Of a stretch of DNA of 64,000 bases, positions 10,644 through 20,157 are shown piece by piece. Both the position numbers and the translations under genes were made by a program. How positions within the stretch are numbered: position 1 is the stretch's first letter; each line of letters begins with the position of its first letter. Source of the stretch: Burkholderiales bacterium (GTDB lineage Bacteria; Pseudomonadota; Gammaproteobacteria; Burkholderiales; JAEUOS01); NCBI GenBank assembly GCA_965279115.1, contig OZ257137.1, positions 1,941,217 to 2,005,216 on the forward strand. The letters run 5' to 3'. Under the pieces are notes generated by a model. That model saw only the letters and a program-made list of their open reading frames with translations, had not been told where the DNA came from and did no database searches.

Positions 10644-11279
10644 ATGAATGTGGATGCCACCAGGTTCACCGCACCAGCCTTGCTGGTCGTTGACATGCAG
10701 AACGACTTCGTACGCACGGGCGCGCCGCTGGAAGTGCCGGATGCGCGCGCCACCATCGAAGCCCATCGCCGCCTGATCGCCGCCTTCCGGCGCATGGGCG
10801 CGCCGGTGGTGTACACCAAATTTCTCGCCACGCCGGAACCCAGCCTCCTGTGGCGCTGGTCGCCGCAATGCGCACCGCCCACCTTGTGCTGCCGCAAGGG
10901 AATCAAGCGCGGCTATGCCGACCATCCTGCCGAACTTGAATGCAGCGACATCGTCGGCGAGATCTATCCGCAGGAAGGCGACACGATCATCGAGAAATAC
11001 GGCTATGGCGCGTTTCACGGCACCCGACTTTCGGACCGCCTGCGCCAGGCCGGCGTGCGCTCGCTGGTGGTGACCGGCACGGTGACACAGATCTGCGTGG
11101 AGGAAACCGCGCGCGAGGCTTTCCACCACGGCTTTGCGACCACCCTGGCGAGCGACGCGGTGTCCTCGTTCGCGCCGGACCTGCACGCGGCAACCCTGAA
11201 GAACTTCGCGATGAAGTTCGGCTGGGTGGAGGATTCGGACACCATCGCCCGGTTGCTGGCCCGCCCGGCTGCCGGATAG
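10644..11279 (+). CDS. Isochorismatase/cysteine hydrolase family (RutB/amidohydrolase-like)
   Basis: [26 protein letters not shown] give the D-K-C triad. GGAGG RBS before ATG 10644. Confidence 0.88.
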   Translation: MNVDATRFTAPALLVVDMQNDFVRTGAPLEVPDARATIEAHRRLIAAFRRMGAPVVYTKFLATPEPSLLWRWSPQCAPPTLCCRKGIKRGYADHPAELECSDIVGEIYPQEGDTIIEKYGYGAFHGTRLSDRLRQAGVRSLVVTGTVTQICVEETAREAFHHGFATTLASDAVSSFAPDLHAATLKNFAMKFGWVEDSDTIARLLARPAAG

Positions 11280-11343
11280 CCGCACCGCCGCCTGCGCCGC
11301 TTGTGTAAAGTGCGGGCATAACAAGAAGCGGCGGGAGACAAGG

Positions 11344-13449
11344 ATGAAAGCATTGGCCATCGCAGGGTTGGCCGGCGTCCTGGCATTGGGCGCGGCCGAA
11401 CCGGTTGCAGCGCGGGTGACTCGCATCGTCATCGACGAAGTGCTGCCATTCACGGAAACCGCCGGCAGCCCGGCGCAGAAGATCGCATACGAGCAGGTGG
11501 CCGGGCGCGCCTTCGGTGAACTCGACCCGAAACTGCCGGGCAACGCCATCATCCAGGACATCGAGCTTGGAAAGGACGCGGACGGCAAGGCGCGCTACGT
11601 CGCGACCTTTCTCATCATCAAACCGAAGGACATGCGTCAGGCCAGCGGCATGATGTGGCACGACGTGCCCAACCGTGGCCGCGTGTTCCCGATGGCGTCA
11701 GAGGAGCGCGCCTTCGGCGACGTGATGCTGGCCTCGGCCTGGCAGGGCGACAACGCCGGCGCGACGGCGGTTCGGCCGACCGCGTCAGTGGCGGGCATGC
11801 AATGGCTGCAACTGCCGGTGGCGCGCGGCGCCGACGGCGCGCGCATCACCGGCGAAGTGTTCGGGCGCATCGTCAATCGCTCCGGCATGGCCTCGCAGGC
11901 GCTGCTGGTGCAGACCAATCCGGTGCCCTACAAGCCGGTAAGCCTGGAATCCTCGAAGTCGCTGTTGACCTCTCGCGCCGGCGAGAACCAGCGCGGCGAG
12001 GTTGCCGACGAGCAGGTGATCGCCCCCGGCGACTGGGCATGGGCCCGTTGCGACGCCAACAACCCCTTTCCCGGCAAGCCCGACCCAACACAGATCTGCC
12101 TCAAATACGGCTTCGACCCGGCGCGTCTCTACCAGGTGACGTTCACGGCGGCCGACCCGCCGGTGCTGGGCATGGGCTTCGCTGCCTGGCGCGACGTCGC
12201 CGCGTTTTTCAAGACCGCCAGCACCGATGACACCGGCACCCCCAACCCGCTGGCGGGCGCCATCAAGCACAGCATCGCGCGCGGCATTTCGCAGTCGGGC
12301 AACTACCTGCGCGGCTGGCTGCACCTGGGCTTCAACCGTGACGAGGCAGGCCGGCGCGTCCACGACGGCCTGTGGCCCATCATCGCGGGGCGGCGCATCG
12401 CGCTCAACTTCCGCTGGGCGCAACCGGATGGCGTGCTCGAGCTCTACCAGGCCGGCAGCGAAGGCCCGCAATGGTGGCTGCCGCATCCCGACCCGGTGCG
12501 CGGCCTGCCCGCCGCCGGCATCCTCGATCGCTGCCTGACCACCAACACCTGCCCGAAGATCATCGAGCACTTCGGCTCCGCCGAGGTATGGGCGCTCAAG
12601 CTCACGCCGGAATGGGTAGGCACCGATGCGAGGGCAGACCTGCCCTTGCCGGATTATGTGCGGCGCTACTACATCGCCAGCACCAACCACAACGGCGGGG
12701 TCGGCGGCTTTGACACCAGCCTGCCCGGCGTCGGCCTGCCGACCACCGGGACCGCATGTCCCGGCAACAACTTCGGTACCGGCGTGCTGCCTGCCAACCC
12801 GGTCCCGCACACCCAGACCGTCAACGCGCTGCGCGTGCACTTCCGCAACTGGGTAATGGCAGGCACGCCACCGCCGCCGAGCCGTTTTCCCATGCTGGCC
12901 GACAACACCCTGGGCGAGGCGCACAAGGCCGGCATCGGCTTTCCCACCCTGCCGGGCCTGCGCGCGACGGTGCCCGAACCCGACTTCATCATGCCGGTGC
13001 ACGACTACGACTGGGGACCGCAGTTCAACCCGGTAGACGGTTCGGGTATCGCATCGCTCGCGCCGCCGCGCATCAGGCAGGTGCTGAAAATGATGGCGCC
13101 CAAGGTCGATGCCGACGGCAATGAACTGGGCGGCGTGCCGGTGGCGCTGCTCGACGCGCCGCTCGGCACCTACCTCGGCTGGAACATCACCGCCGGCGGC
13201 GAGCGGCCCTTCCACAAGGACCAGATCTGCAACTACGCCGGCGGCATGATCCCCTTCGCGCGGTCCGCCGCCGAACGCAAGGCCAAGGGCGATCCGCGCC
13301 TTTCGCTCGAGGAACGCTATGGCTCGCATGCAGGCTATGTGGAAGCGGTGAAGAAGGCCGCCGTACGGGCCGTGGCCGCGGGCTTCCTGTTGCCGGTCGA
13401 TGCCGACTGGCTTGTCAAGGCGGCCGAGGCAAGCAAGGTGTTGCGCTAA
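11344..13449 (+). CDS. Exported alpha/beta-hydrolase-domain protein (701 aa, uncharacterised family)
   Basis: Signal peptide; DVPNRG, GISQSG nucleophile elbow, CPKIIEH, VDADGNE, PLGTYLGWN, DPRLSLEERY..H motifs. Confidence 0.75.
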   Translation: MKALAIAGLAGVLALGAAEPVAARVTRIVIDEVLPFTETAGSPAQKIAYEQVAGRAFGELDPKLPGNAIIQDIELGKDADGKARYVATFLIIKPKDMRQASGMMWHDVPNRGRVFPMASEERAFGDVMLASAWQGDNAGATAVRPTASVAGMQWLQLPVARGADGARITGEVFGRIVNRSGMASQALLVQTNPVPYKPVSLESSKSLLTSRAGENQRGEVADEQVIAPGDWAWARCDANNPFPGKPDPTQICLKYGFDPARLYQVTFTAADPPVLGMGFAAWRDVAAFFKTASTDDTGTPNPLAGAIKHSIARGISQSGNYLRGWLHLGFNRDEAGRRVHDGLWPIIAGRRIALNFRWAQPDGVLELYQAGSEGPQWWLPHPDPVRGLPAAGILDRCLTTNTCPKIIEHFGSAEVWALKLTPEWVGTDARADLPLPDYVRRYYIASTNHNGGVGGFDTSLPGVGLPTTGTACPGNNFGTGVLPANPVPHTQTVNALRVHFRNWVMAGTPPPPSRFPMLADNTLGEAHKAGIGFPTLPGLRATVPEPDFIMPVHDYDWGPQFNPVDGSGIASLAPPRIRQVLKMMAPKVDADGNELGGVPVALLDAPLGTYLGWNITAGGERPFHKDQICNYAGGMIPFARSAAERKAKGDPRLSLEERYGSHAGYVEAVKKAAVRAVAAGFLLPVDADWLVKAAEASKVLR

Positions 13450-13486
13450 ACCTGGCCGGCACCAGTATCACTGGGGAAAAATACGC

Positions 13487-14458
13487 ATGGGAATACTCGT
13501 AGACGGCAAATGGACCAACGACCCGCCGCCCGCCAGTGGCAGCTTCGTGCGGCCGGAAAGCCAATTCCGCGCCACGGTAAGCAGCGACGGCGCAGCCGGC
13601 TTCAAGGCCGAGGCGGGGCGCTACCACCTGTATGTCGCCTATTCTTGCCCGTGGGCGCACCGGGCGATCATTTTTCGCGCGTTGAAAGGGCTGGAGAACA
13701 TGGTGTCCATGTCGATCGCCCTGCCCAATGACCGGCGCGACGGCTGGCGCTTCGGCGACGAGTTTCCCGGCGCGACGATTGACGAGGTGAACGGCTTCAC
13801 ATGGTTGCACCAGGCCTACACCGCCGCCAACGCGACCTACACCGGCAAGGTGACGGTACCCACGCTGTGGGACAAGAAAACCCGCACCATCGTCAACAAC
13901 GAGTCGTCCGAGATCATCCGAATGTTCAACTCGGCCTTCGACGGCCTGGGCGTAAAACCGGGCGACTACTATCCCGCGCCATTGCGCAGTGAAATAGACG
14001 CCATCAACCAGACCGTGTACCGCGACCTCAACAACGGGGTGTATCGCGCCGGCATGGCGACCAGCCAGGACGCCTACGACGAAGCGGTCACCCGGGTATT
14101 CGCATGCCTGGACATGCTGGAGCTGCGCCTGGCAAAGCAGCGCTACCTGGTGGGCAATACCATCACCGAAGCTGACTGGCGACTCTACGTGACACTGGCG
14201 CGCTTCGACGCGGCCTATCACCCGCTGTTCAAATGCAGCGTGCGCCCGCTCTCGGCCTACCATCATCTGGACAACTACCTGCGCGAGCTGTATCAGGTGC
14301 CCGGCTTGGCTACGACCACGCGCCTGGACCACATCGTTACCGGCTACTACAGCAACCCGCGCAGCAACCCGAACGGCATCATCCCGGCAATGCCGGCGCT
14401 GGACCTTGGCAAGCCGCACGATCGCGCGGCGCGCATGGCCGGCGCCGCATCGGATTGA
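13487..14458 (+). CDS. Glutathionyl-hydroquinone reductase (Xi-class GST, YqjG-like)
   Basis: MGILVDGKW, GRYHLYV..SCPWAHR, TVPTLWD, NNESSEII, NNGVY, NPNGIIP. Confidence 0.9.
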   Translation: MGILVDGKWTNDPPPASGSFVRPESQFRATVSSDGAAGFKAEAGRYHLYVAYSCPWAHRAIIFRALKGLENMVSMSIALPNDRRDGWRFGDEFPGATIDEVNGFTWLHQAYTAANATYTGKVTVPTLWDKKTRTIVNNESSEIIRMFNSAFDGLGVKPGDYYPAPLRSEIDAINQTVYRDLNNGVYRAGMATSQDAYDEAVTRVFACLDMLELRLAKQRYLVGNTITEADWRLYVTLARFDAAYHPLFKCSVRPLSAYHHLDNYLRELYQVPGLATTTRLDHIVTGYYSNPRSNPNGIIPAMPALDLGKPHDRAARMAGAASD

Positions 14459-14543
14459 ACGGATCACCAAGAGAAGAACTGAGCGGGCCATTGCTAAGCC
14501 TCCGACCCGCCAGCACACCTACGGATAATCACAGGAGACCGAC

Positions 14544-15611
14544 ATGCAAATCCGCATTCACGTTGGCCGTGCCATTGCAGCCCTTTGGCTGGCAATGCTT
14601 GCACTGTGTTCGTACGCGCAACCCGCACCGACCGAAGGGTCGTGGGTCGCCAGGGACTTCCGCTTCCACACTGGCGAAGTCATGCCGGAATTGCGCCTGC
14701 ACTACACCACGCTCGGTTCGCCCGCCAACCCGGCGGTGCTGGTCCTTCATGGCACCACCGGCAATGGCCGCGCGCTGCTCTCGCCTGCTTTTGGCAACTA
14801 GTTGTTTGGTCCCGGGCAACCGCTGGACGCGAGCAAGTACTACGTGATCCTGCCGGATGCCATCGGCCACGGCAAGAGCAGCAAGCCCTCCGACGGCATG
14901 CGCGCGAAGTTCCCGATGTACAACTATGACGACATGGTGGTGGCGCAACATCGTCTGGTGACCGAAGGCCTGGGTGTAAAGCACCTGCGCCTTGTGATCG
15001 GCAACTCCATGGGCGGCATGCACACCTGGCTGTGGGGGGTGAAGTACCCGGGCTTTATGGACGTGCTGGTGCCGATGGCCTCCATGCCCAGCGAAATGTC
15101 GGGGCGCAACTGGATCATGCGGCGCCTGATCGTCGATTCCATCCGCAAGGACCCTGAGTGGATGGACGGCAACTACACGAAGCAACCGCGCAGCGCGCAA
15201 TTCGCCGCTGTGTTCTACAACTTCGCCACCAACGGCGGCAACCAGGGTCTGCAGAAAATCGCCGGGTCGCGCGAGAGAGCGGATGCGCTCCTCAACCAAC
15301 GTCTGGCAGCTCCCTTTCCCAACGACGTGAACGACACCCTGTACCACTGGGAATCCTCACGCGACTACAACGCATCACCGGGGCTGGACAGGATCACCGC
15401 CACGCTCATGGCGATCAACTCGGCTGACGACGAGCGCAACCCGCCGGAGCTGGGGGTGATGGAGCGCGAGTTGAAGCGCATCCGGAACGGGCGGCTGCTT
15501 TTGATACCCGGCAGCGCCGACACCTTCGGGCATGGTACGACCGGCAATGCGCGGTTCTGGAAGGCCCAGGTGGAGGAGTTGCTGCGGACGGCGCCCAAGG
15601 TGGGCGGTTGA
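14544..15611 (+). pseudogene. Exported alpha/beta hydrolase (homoserine O-acetyltransferase-like fold) interrupted by an in-frame TAG
   Basis: ORFs 14544-14801 and 14802-15611 are one frame: ...LHGTTG...PAFGN*LFGPGQPLDA...GHGKSSKPSDG...GNSMGG...GHGT. TAG at 14799-14801. Confidence 0.8.
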
Positions 15612-15736
15612 CGACGCGCCGCTGAGCCCGATTCGCTCTCAGCAAAATAGGCCATGATGGCCTCTCGGTGCAAATCTGCTTGAAGACGCGGATATCGGAC
15701 AGGTCTCACCGCCGGATCATGCCGCAGACAACTATC

Positions 15737-15787
15737 TCATTCAATCATTTTGTCGACGCGCAGCAGAAATGATTGCGGCAAATCGAT
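15737..15787 (-). pseudogene. Relic C-terminus of a fourth ABC_sub_bind paralogue
   Basis: Minus strand reads IDLPQSFLLRVDKMIE* (TGA 15737-15739), matching neighbours' termini ITFPEAFKIGVDRVIE*, LALPESFMVGVDRVIE* and LTIPQSLLISADKVIE*. Confidence 0.7.
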
Positions 15788-15820
15788 GACCGTCGACACA
15801 GTCATACGCCATTTGAACGG

Positions 15821-16801
15821 TCACTCAATCACCCGATCCACGCCTATCTTGAAAGCCTCCGGGAACGTGATGCCGATTGCTTTCGCTGTCTTCATGTTCA
15901 CGACCAGCTCGAATTTGGTCGGCTGCTCAACAGGCAACTCACCCGTTGCCGCCCCTTTCAGTATCTTGTCAGCGTAGGTGGCGGCGCGTCGGAAATTGTC
16001 AGTAAAGGAGGCTGAATACGACATGAGCCCACCCGCTTCGACGTACTGGCTATTGGCAAAGATGGACGGTGCCTTGAATTGATTAATGCGATCAATAATC
16101 GTATGTCGCTGACTGTTGATGGTTCCGCTTTGCGTCAATACGTAGCCTTGGACGCCAGCCGCAGCTGCGCGCTTGAAACCTGGCTCCACGTCACCAGGCT
16201 GCCTCAGCATGATTCGCGTGATACGTACCCCCAGGCGGGAAGCTGCCTCCTCGATCTCCTTGGCTTGCGAAACACTGCCAACGTTGTCGGGTTCGAACAA
16301 CACGCCGATATGTGCAACACGGGGGAATACCTCCTTGAATAATTGCAGGCGCTTCGGCCAGAGTTCACTCGACAGGTTCGTCAGGCCTGTGACATTGCCT
16401 CCAGGCCGCCGCAGGCCCGCTGCCAGCCCATTGGCGACCGGATCCTGGGCAATGGCGAACACAATTGGAATTGTCTTTGTCTTTTGGGCGAGCTGCCGCG
16501 AACCCTCGTCTGCGGGCGTCAGCAGCAGGTCTGGGCGAGATGCCACCAGTTCGGAAGCGAGGCCAGGCAGGGCTTGCGTGACGCCATTGGCGTAGCGGGC
16601 ATCAACAAGATAGTCGCGTCCTTCGACCCAGCGCAACTCCAGCATGCCTGCGCGAAACGCCTCGAGCCAGGCGGCACTGACTTCGGCGCTTCCGAGAGTC
16701 AGGTAGCCGATCCGCCGCACCGGACGCTGGGCAAGCGCAAGGGCTGCGGTAGAAAGCATGGCGAGACCCACGATGGCTACCAGGAAATCCCTACGTTGCA
16801 C
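15821..16801 (-). CDS. ABC_sub_bind (putative Trp/Tyr-type) substrate-binding protein, paralogue 1
   Basis: RRDFL twin-Arg-like leader; RIGYL, TIPIVF..DPV..G..RPGGNVTG, GGLMSY, KILKGA..GELPVEQPTKFELVVN.KTA. Confidence 0.88.
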   Translation of the reverse strand: MQRRDFLVAIVGLAMLSTAALALAQRPVRRIGYLTLGSAEVSAAWLEAFRAGMLELRWVEGRDYLVDARYANGVTQALPGLASELVASRPDLLLTPADEGSRQLAQKTKTIPIVFAIAQDPVANGLAAGLRRPGGNVTGLTNLSSELWPKRLQLFKEVFPRVAHIGVLFEPDNVGSVSQAKEIEEAASRLGVRITRIMLRQPGDVEPGFKRAAAAGVQGYVLTQSGTINSQRHTIIDRINQFKAPSIFANSQYVEAGGLMSYSASFTDNFRRAATYADKILKGAATGELPVEQPTKFELVVNMKTAKAIGITFPEAFKIGVDRVIE

Positions 16802-16842
16802 TCGATTAATTCCGCATCCCCAATGATGTCCAATATGGAAGA

Positions 16843-17823
16843 TCACTCGATCACCCGATCCACGCCCACCATAAACGACTCCGGCAATGCTAATCCCGTC
16901 GCCTTCGCGGTCTTCATGTTCACGACCAGCTCGAACTTGGTTGGCTGCTCGATCGGCAATTCACCGGGTTTTGCCCCTTTGAGGATCTTGTCGACGTAAG
17001 ACGCCGCACGACGAAAATTGTCCGTGAATGAAGCCCCGTACGACATCAATCCGCCGGCTTCCGCGTACAAATTCACTGGAAACATTGCCGGAGCCTTGAG
17101 GCTGACAATGCGGTCGACAATCGCCTGACGCTGACTGATTGCGATACCGCCCGCAGCCACCAAGTAGCCTTGGACGCCAAGTGCGGAGGCACGCTTGAAT
17201 GCAGTATCGATATCCGCAGGCTGCTTCAGTTCGATCGGACTAATGCGCACTCCCAGGCGAGATGACACTTCCCCGGTTTCCTTCGCTTGCGAAACACTGC
17301 CCATGTTGCCCGGCTCAAAAAGCAGGGCAACATGCGCGACCCGTGGAAACGCACTCTTGAGTAGTTGCAAGCGCTTGGCCGCAAGCTCTGCAGCAAGGCT
17401 TGTCAGGCCAGTCACGTTGCCGCCAGGTCGGCGCAGGCTCATCACCGTCCCGTTACCAACCGGATCTTGGGCAATGCCGAACACGATCGGTATTGTCTTT
17501 GTGGTTTGCGTGAGTAGGCGTACGTGTTCTTCCGCGGGCACAAGCAACAGATCCGGCCGAGTTGCCACCAGTTCGGCAGCCAAGGCCGGACCCGACTGTA
17601 TAACGCTATTGGCGTAGCGGGCATCAATGACGTAATCCCGCCCTTCGACCCAGCGCAACGCCGACATGCCTTCGCGAAACGCAGCAAGAGAGTCGGCGAC
17701 GCCCTGGGCACTTCCAAGACTGAAAAAACCAATGCGCCGTACAGGAGACTGGACTTGCGCAACTACGGCCATTGGCGCCGCGCTTAAACACAGCCATGCA
17801 AGGAGCGTCTGGCGCCTATTCAT
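16843..17823 (-). CDS. ABC_sub_bind substrate-binding protein, paralogue 2
   Basis: MNRRQ leader and the same family motifs; long near-identical stretches with paralogue 1 (e.g. WVEGRDY.DARYAN, EQPTKFELVVNMKTAKA). Confidence 0.88.
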   Translation of the reverse strand: MNRRQTLLAWLCLSAAPMAVVAQVQSPVRRIGFFSLGSAQGVADSLAAFREGMSALRWVEGRDYVIDARYANSVIQSGPALAAELVATRPDLLLVPAEEHVRLLTQTTKTIPIVFGIAQDPVGNGTVMSLRRPGGNVTGLTSLAAELAAKRLQLLKSAFPRVAHVALLFEPGNMGSVSQAKETGEVSSRLGVRISPIELKQPADIDTAFKRASALGVQGYLVAAGGIAISQRQAIVDRIVSLKAPAMFPVNLYAEAGGLMSYGASFTDNFRRAASYVDKILKGAKPGELPIEQPTKFELVVNMKTAKATGLALPESFMVGVDRVIE

Positions 17824-18040
17824 CGGATCCCCCAGTGGTTACAAGCTGCTTCGCAGGTGCCCGGATCGCTTGCCGGGCACGCTGGTCAACGCCCATCGGC
17901 GACAAGTCTACCTTTGCCCGACCTCGTTGGCCGACTACCGCCGCCCGGACGGGGCTCGGGTATGCCCGCACGCCAATGACACCTTGATCGCGTAGCGTTT
18001 GGAAGCGATTTGGCATAATCGGGTCAATCTAGGAGGGGCA

Positions 18041-19033
18041 ATGAACAATCGCCGCAGGCTGGCACTTGGACTTGGCACCGGTGTTCTGGCTGCCCCCATG
18101 ACGCTCTTCGCCCAACGACCATCCAAAGTTTGGCGGATCGGCTTTTTGGGACTGCGCCGCACCGCCATGCTCGATACGGATCCCTACTACGCTCCATTCA
18201 GGAAAGGTATGCGGGAACTGGGATACGTCGAAGGCAAAAACCTGAACATTGAATGGCGCTCGGCCGATGGCGACGCTTCGCGCCTTGCCGGTTTTGCGGC
18301 GGAGCTTGTCGGCCTCAAGGTCGACCTTCTCCTCACGGCAAGCACACCGGCGACCATTGCAGCGAAAAACGCGGCCACCACGATTCCAATCGTCATGGGT
18401 GCAGTTGGCGATCCGGTTGCGACCGGCATAGTCAAGAGCCTTTCACGTCCAGGAGGCAACGTGACGGGAAGTTCGACCCTCGCCACGGACCTAGTTGCCA
18501 AGTGGCTTGAGATGTTGCTGGCGATGGCGCCAAAGCTGGCGCTGGTGGCCGTTCTCGTCAATCCGGCCAATCCGACTCACGCGCAAATCCTGAAGCGCCT
18601 GCAGGACAGCGCGCAGGTTCTGGGGGTAAAGCTGCTTCCACTGGAAGCGCGCGGGCTGCCGGAAATCGAAAAATCCTTTGCCACGATCGCCAGTCAGAAA
18701 GCGGGCGCGATAGTGGCACTGGAAGATGCGTTGTTTGTAACGCACATGCGGCCCGTCGCGGACATGGCCGCAAGAAATCGACTGATGTCCATGTACGCAA
18801 CCAAGGACTTCGCGGAAGTCGGTGGCTTGATGAGCTATGGCGCCAATCTCAACGACCAGTTCTATCGGGCAGCGGCCTTCGTGGACAAGATATTCAAAGG
18901 CGCAAGTCCTGCGGATTTGCCAGTGGAACAGCCGACCAAATTCGATTTCGTCATCAACGGCAAAACTGCCAAGGCGTTGGGGCTCACTATTCCCCAATCG
19001 CTGCTGATCAGCGCCGACAAGGTCATTGAGTAG
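18041..19033 (+). CDS. ABC_sub_bind substrate-binding protein, paralogue 3 (divergently transcribed)
   Basis: AGGAGG RBS, MNNRRR leader, LGYVEG.N..IEWR, RPGGNVTG, GGLMSYG, LPVEQPTKF. Confidence 0.88.
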   Translation: MNNRRRLALGLGTGVLAAPMTLFAQRPSKVWRIGFLGLRRTAMLDTDPYYAPFRKGMRELGYVEGKNLNIEWRSADGDASRLAGFAAELVGLKVDLLLTASTPATIAAKNAATTIPIVMGAVGDPVATGIVKSLSRPGGNVTGSSTLATDLVAKWLEMLLAMAPKLALVAVLVNPANPTHAQILKRLQDSAQVLGVKLLPLEARGLPEIEKSFATIASQKAGAIVALEDALFVTHMRPVADMAARNRLMSMYATKDFAEVGGLMSYGANLNDQFYRAAAFVDKIFKGASPADLPVEQPTKFDFVINGKTAKALGLTIPQSLLISADKVIE

Positions 19034-19104
19034 GCGCGCGGAAGGCCGCTTCGGCGAATATCCCAAAGCGACTACCGGTCGACGCGGACCGTTTTTTTCA
19101 TTGC

Positions 19105-19147
19105 ATCAATGACTTACAAAACGTATATTGATAATGTTTATATATAC
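19105..19147. promoter_or_regulatory. vapBC promoter region: near-consensus IHF site and inverted repeat
   Basis: ATCAA-TGAC-TTA at 19105-19116 (IHF consensus WATCAANNNNTTR, first base mismatched). GTATAT (19123-19128) and ATATAC (19142-19147) form an inverted repeat in an AT-rich tract. Confidence 0.45.
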
Positions 19148-19164
19148 AAAAAAGGGGCCTGTTC

Positions 19165-19404
19165 ATGGCACTTCAAATCGCCAACCCCGTTGTTGTAGGC
19201 AAGGTTGAACGTCTGGCCAAGAGCACGGGCTTGAGTAAAACGGCCGTGGTCGAGCGCGCACTCGATCGACTGATCAGCGAAACCGCCGGGGGATCCGATA
19301 TGGGCGGGCGAATGACGGCGCTATTGGCCCAACTCGATCGCATTCCCGACCGTGCGGATGCATTCAATCCGCTGCAATGGGACGCACAAGGGCTCCCCGA
19401 ATGA
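19165..19404 (+). CDS. vapB: VapB-type antitoxin (Rv0623/PSK transcription factor-like)
   Basis: MALQIAN..V...ERLA..TG.SKT..V..AL...WD..GLP pattern; ATGA overlap with the PIN gene. Confidence 0.82.
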   Translation: MALQIANPVVVGKVERLAKSTGLSKTAVVERALDRLISETAGGSDMGGRMTALLAQLDRIPDRADAFNPLQWDAQGLPE

Positions 19405-19802
19405 TCGTGGTCGATACCTCCGCTATCGTGGCGATCACCTTTGCGGAACCGGAACGTGAGCCCTTTGTCCAGGTACTGCAGCGCGCCGGCAAGGCTTTGA
19501 TCAGCTCGGTTTCCGTTGTGGAGGCACGCATGGTGGTGCATGGCCGGCGCGGGCAGCGCGCGGTAGTGCTGCTGGACGACCTGCTGCGCCTGCCCGTGTT
19601 CGAAACGGTCGCCCCTGGACCCGCGGAAACGGACGCCGCGTATGCCGCCTTTGTGGCATTCGGCAAGGGCAGCGGTCATCCGGCGGGATTGAATTTCGGT
19701 GACGTGTTCAGCTACGCGCTCGCCAAGGTACGCGGCCTGCCATTGCTGTACAAAGGTGTTGACTTCTCCGAGACCGATATCGCAAGCGCGATGTCAAGCT
19801 GA
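19401..19802 (+). CDS. vapC: VapC PIN-domain toxin
   Basis: MIVVDTSAIVAI, FGKG.GHPA.LNFGD.FSYA.AK...PLLYKG.DF..TDI. Confidence 0.92.
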   Translation: MIVVDTSAIVAITFAEPEREPFVQVLQRAGKALISSVSVVEARMVVHGRRGQRAVVLLDDLLRLPVFETVAPGPAETDAAYAAFVAFGKGSGHPAGLNFGDVFSYALAKVRGLPLLYKGVDFSETDIASAMSS

Positions 19803-19812
19803 GTCGGGGCAG

Positions 19813-20157
19813 CTAACGACTGCGCGCCGCCTTCACAAACGCGTGGGATGCCTGCAGCAACTCCAAATCCTGCGCATATTCGGCAGCATCCGCCCGGTTG
19901 ATCTGCAGCCACTCGCGCGTGCTGGCCATGCCGCCCGGGTTGAAGTGGCTCACATTGGCGCGCGAGAACTGCAGTTCGTCCGCAGTTTTCGCCGGCAGGC
20001 GCAGGCCGAGTCCTTCGCCGTTGATGCAAGCGAACATCTTGTCGCCGACGAAGTAGGCGTCGAGTCCGTTGACTTTTTTGCCGACCACGCCCGGCAGCTT
20101 CAGCAGCAGGGCGTCGATCAGGGACTTGCGGGTGGGTTCGGGTGCGGTGGTTGCCAT
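19813..20157 (-). CDS. TfoX N-terminal/MmcQ-YjbR-like small protein
   Basis: LPGV..KK..G..AYFVGDKMFA....G..LRLP...F.PGG...REW.I pattern. Confidence 0.6.
   Translation of the reverse strand: MATTAPEPTRKSLIDALLLKLPGVVGKKVNGLDAYFVGDKMFACINGEGLGLRLPAKTADELQFSRANVSHFNPGGMASTREWLQINRADAAEYAQDLELLQASHAFVKAARSR

Noticed and set aside
9431-10906. Apparent 490-aa N-terminal fusion on the CoA transferase (1155-aa ORF)
   Set aside because: It is the antisense of the Bug and isochorismatase genes; transferase homology starts near ATG 9430.
14799-14828. Pyrrolysine or genome-wide TAG recoding
   Set aside because: TAG terminates several intact genes here, no pyl genes are seen, and the position is not catalytic.
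17824-18040. Small ORFs and an 8-bp hairpin (17857-17880) between the divergent SBP genes
   Set aside because: No recognisable protein or RNA family; treated as promoter/leader DNA.
15612-19164. Integron (attC) cassette array or DGR explaining the SBP paralogues
   Set aside because: No recognisable attC inverted cores between genes, mixed orientations, and no integrase, reverse transcriptase or adenine-specific TR/VR pair seen.
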